DNA of 8,337 nt, from positions 292,204 through 300,540 of the forward strand of contig CAJNOI010000004.1 in assembly GCA_905250115.1 (NCBI GenBank), read 5' to 3'. This document shows positions 8,135 to 8,337 of the stretch, piece after piece. Source of the stretch: Adineta steineri (taxonomy: Eukaryota). Within the stretch, counting starts at the first letter, position 1. Each line of letters opens with the position of its first letter. Under the pieces are notes generated by a model. The model was not told the origin of the DNA and did not search any database. It saw nothing but the letters and a program-made list of their open reading frames with translations. The position numbers and the translations under genes are program-made.

Positions 8135-8337
8135 AATTAGTACTCAATTAACTAACAAAATTTTTAGTTCAAGGATTTCACTTTCTATCTGAGATGAGTT
8201 TCTCTCAAAATCTGTCAATAAATCTTCCTGTGGGTATGAAAATTTCAACTTAATTGAAGTGAGTTTATTGATTTAAATATTTGCAAACATAGTCGATCAA
8301 CACGACTATATTTAATCACTAAAAATATTTAAAACAA

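Overview
The window is AT-rich eukaryotic DNA. Short GT..AG intron signals, an F-box/LRR-type gene, a divergent 7TM GPCR and TGTGGG-like hexamers suggest a bdelloid rotifer, but this is inference and no search was run. From left to right I can support: (i) the 3' part of a plus-strand ORF (3-701), open at the left edge, with an in-frame 24-bp tandem repeat, a 12-bp EREDE-coding repeat and a weak RNI/LRR-like C-terminus; (ii) a complete minus-strand rhodopsin-like 7TM receptor (1845-2789); (iii) a minus-strand F-box family gene (about 3588-5202) that can be reassembled by hand across five in-frame stops and about two frameshifts, and so looks like a decayed pseudogene; (iv) a plus-strand coilin-N-terminal-domain-like gene, reconstructed as two exons joined across a 54-nt GTAAGT..TAG intron (5851-6349 + 6404-7674, 589 aa), with a large C-terminal region I cannot assign. 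The intergenic DNA carries several G/T-rich modules, each followed by imperfect C/A-rich inverted counterparts. Three share an ATCTTGARG flank, and some contain TGTGGG/CCCACA hexamers. They may be members of a small dispersed foldback repeat family. I found no convincing multi-gene novel system, CRISPR array, rRNA or tRNA.
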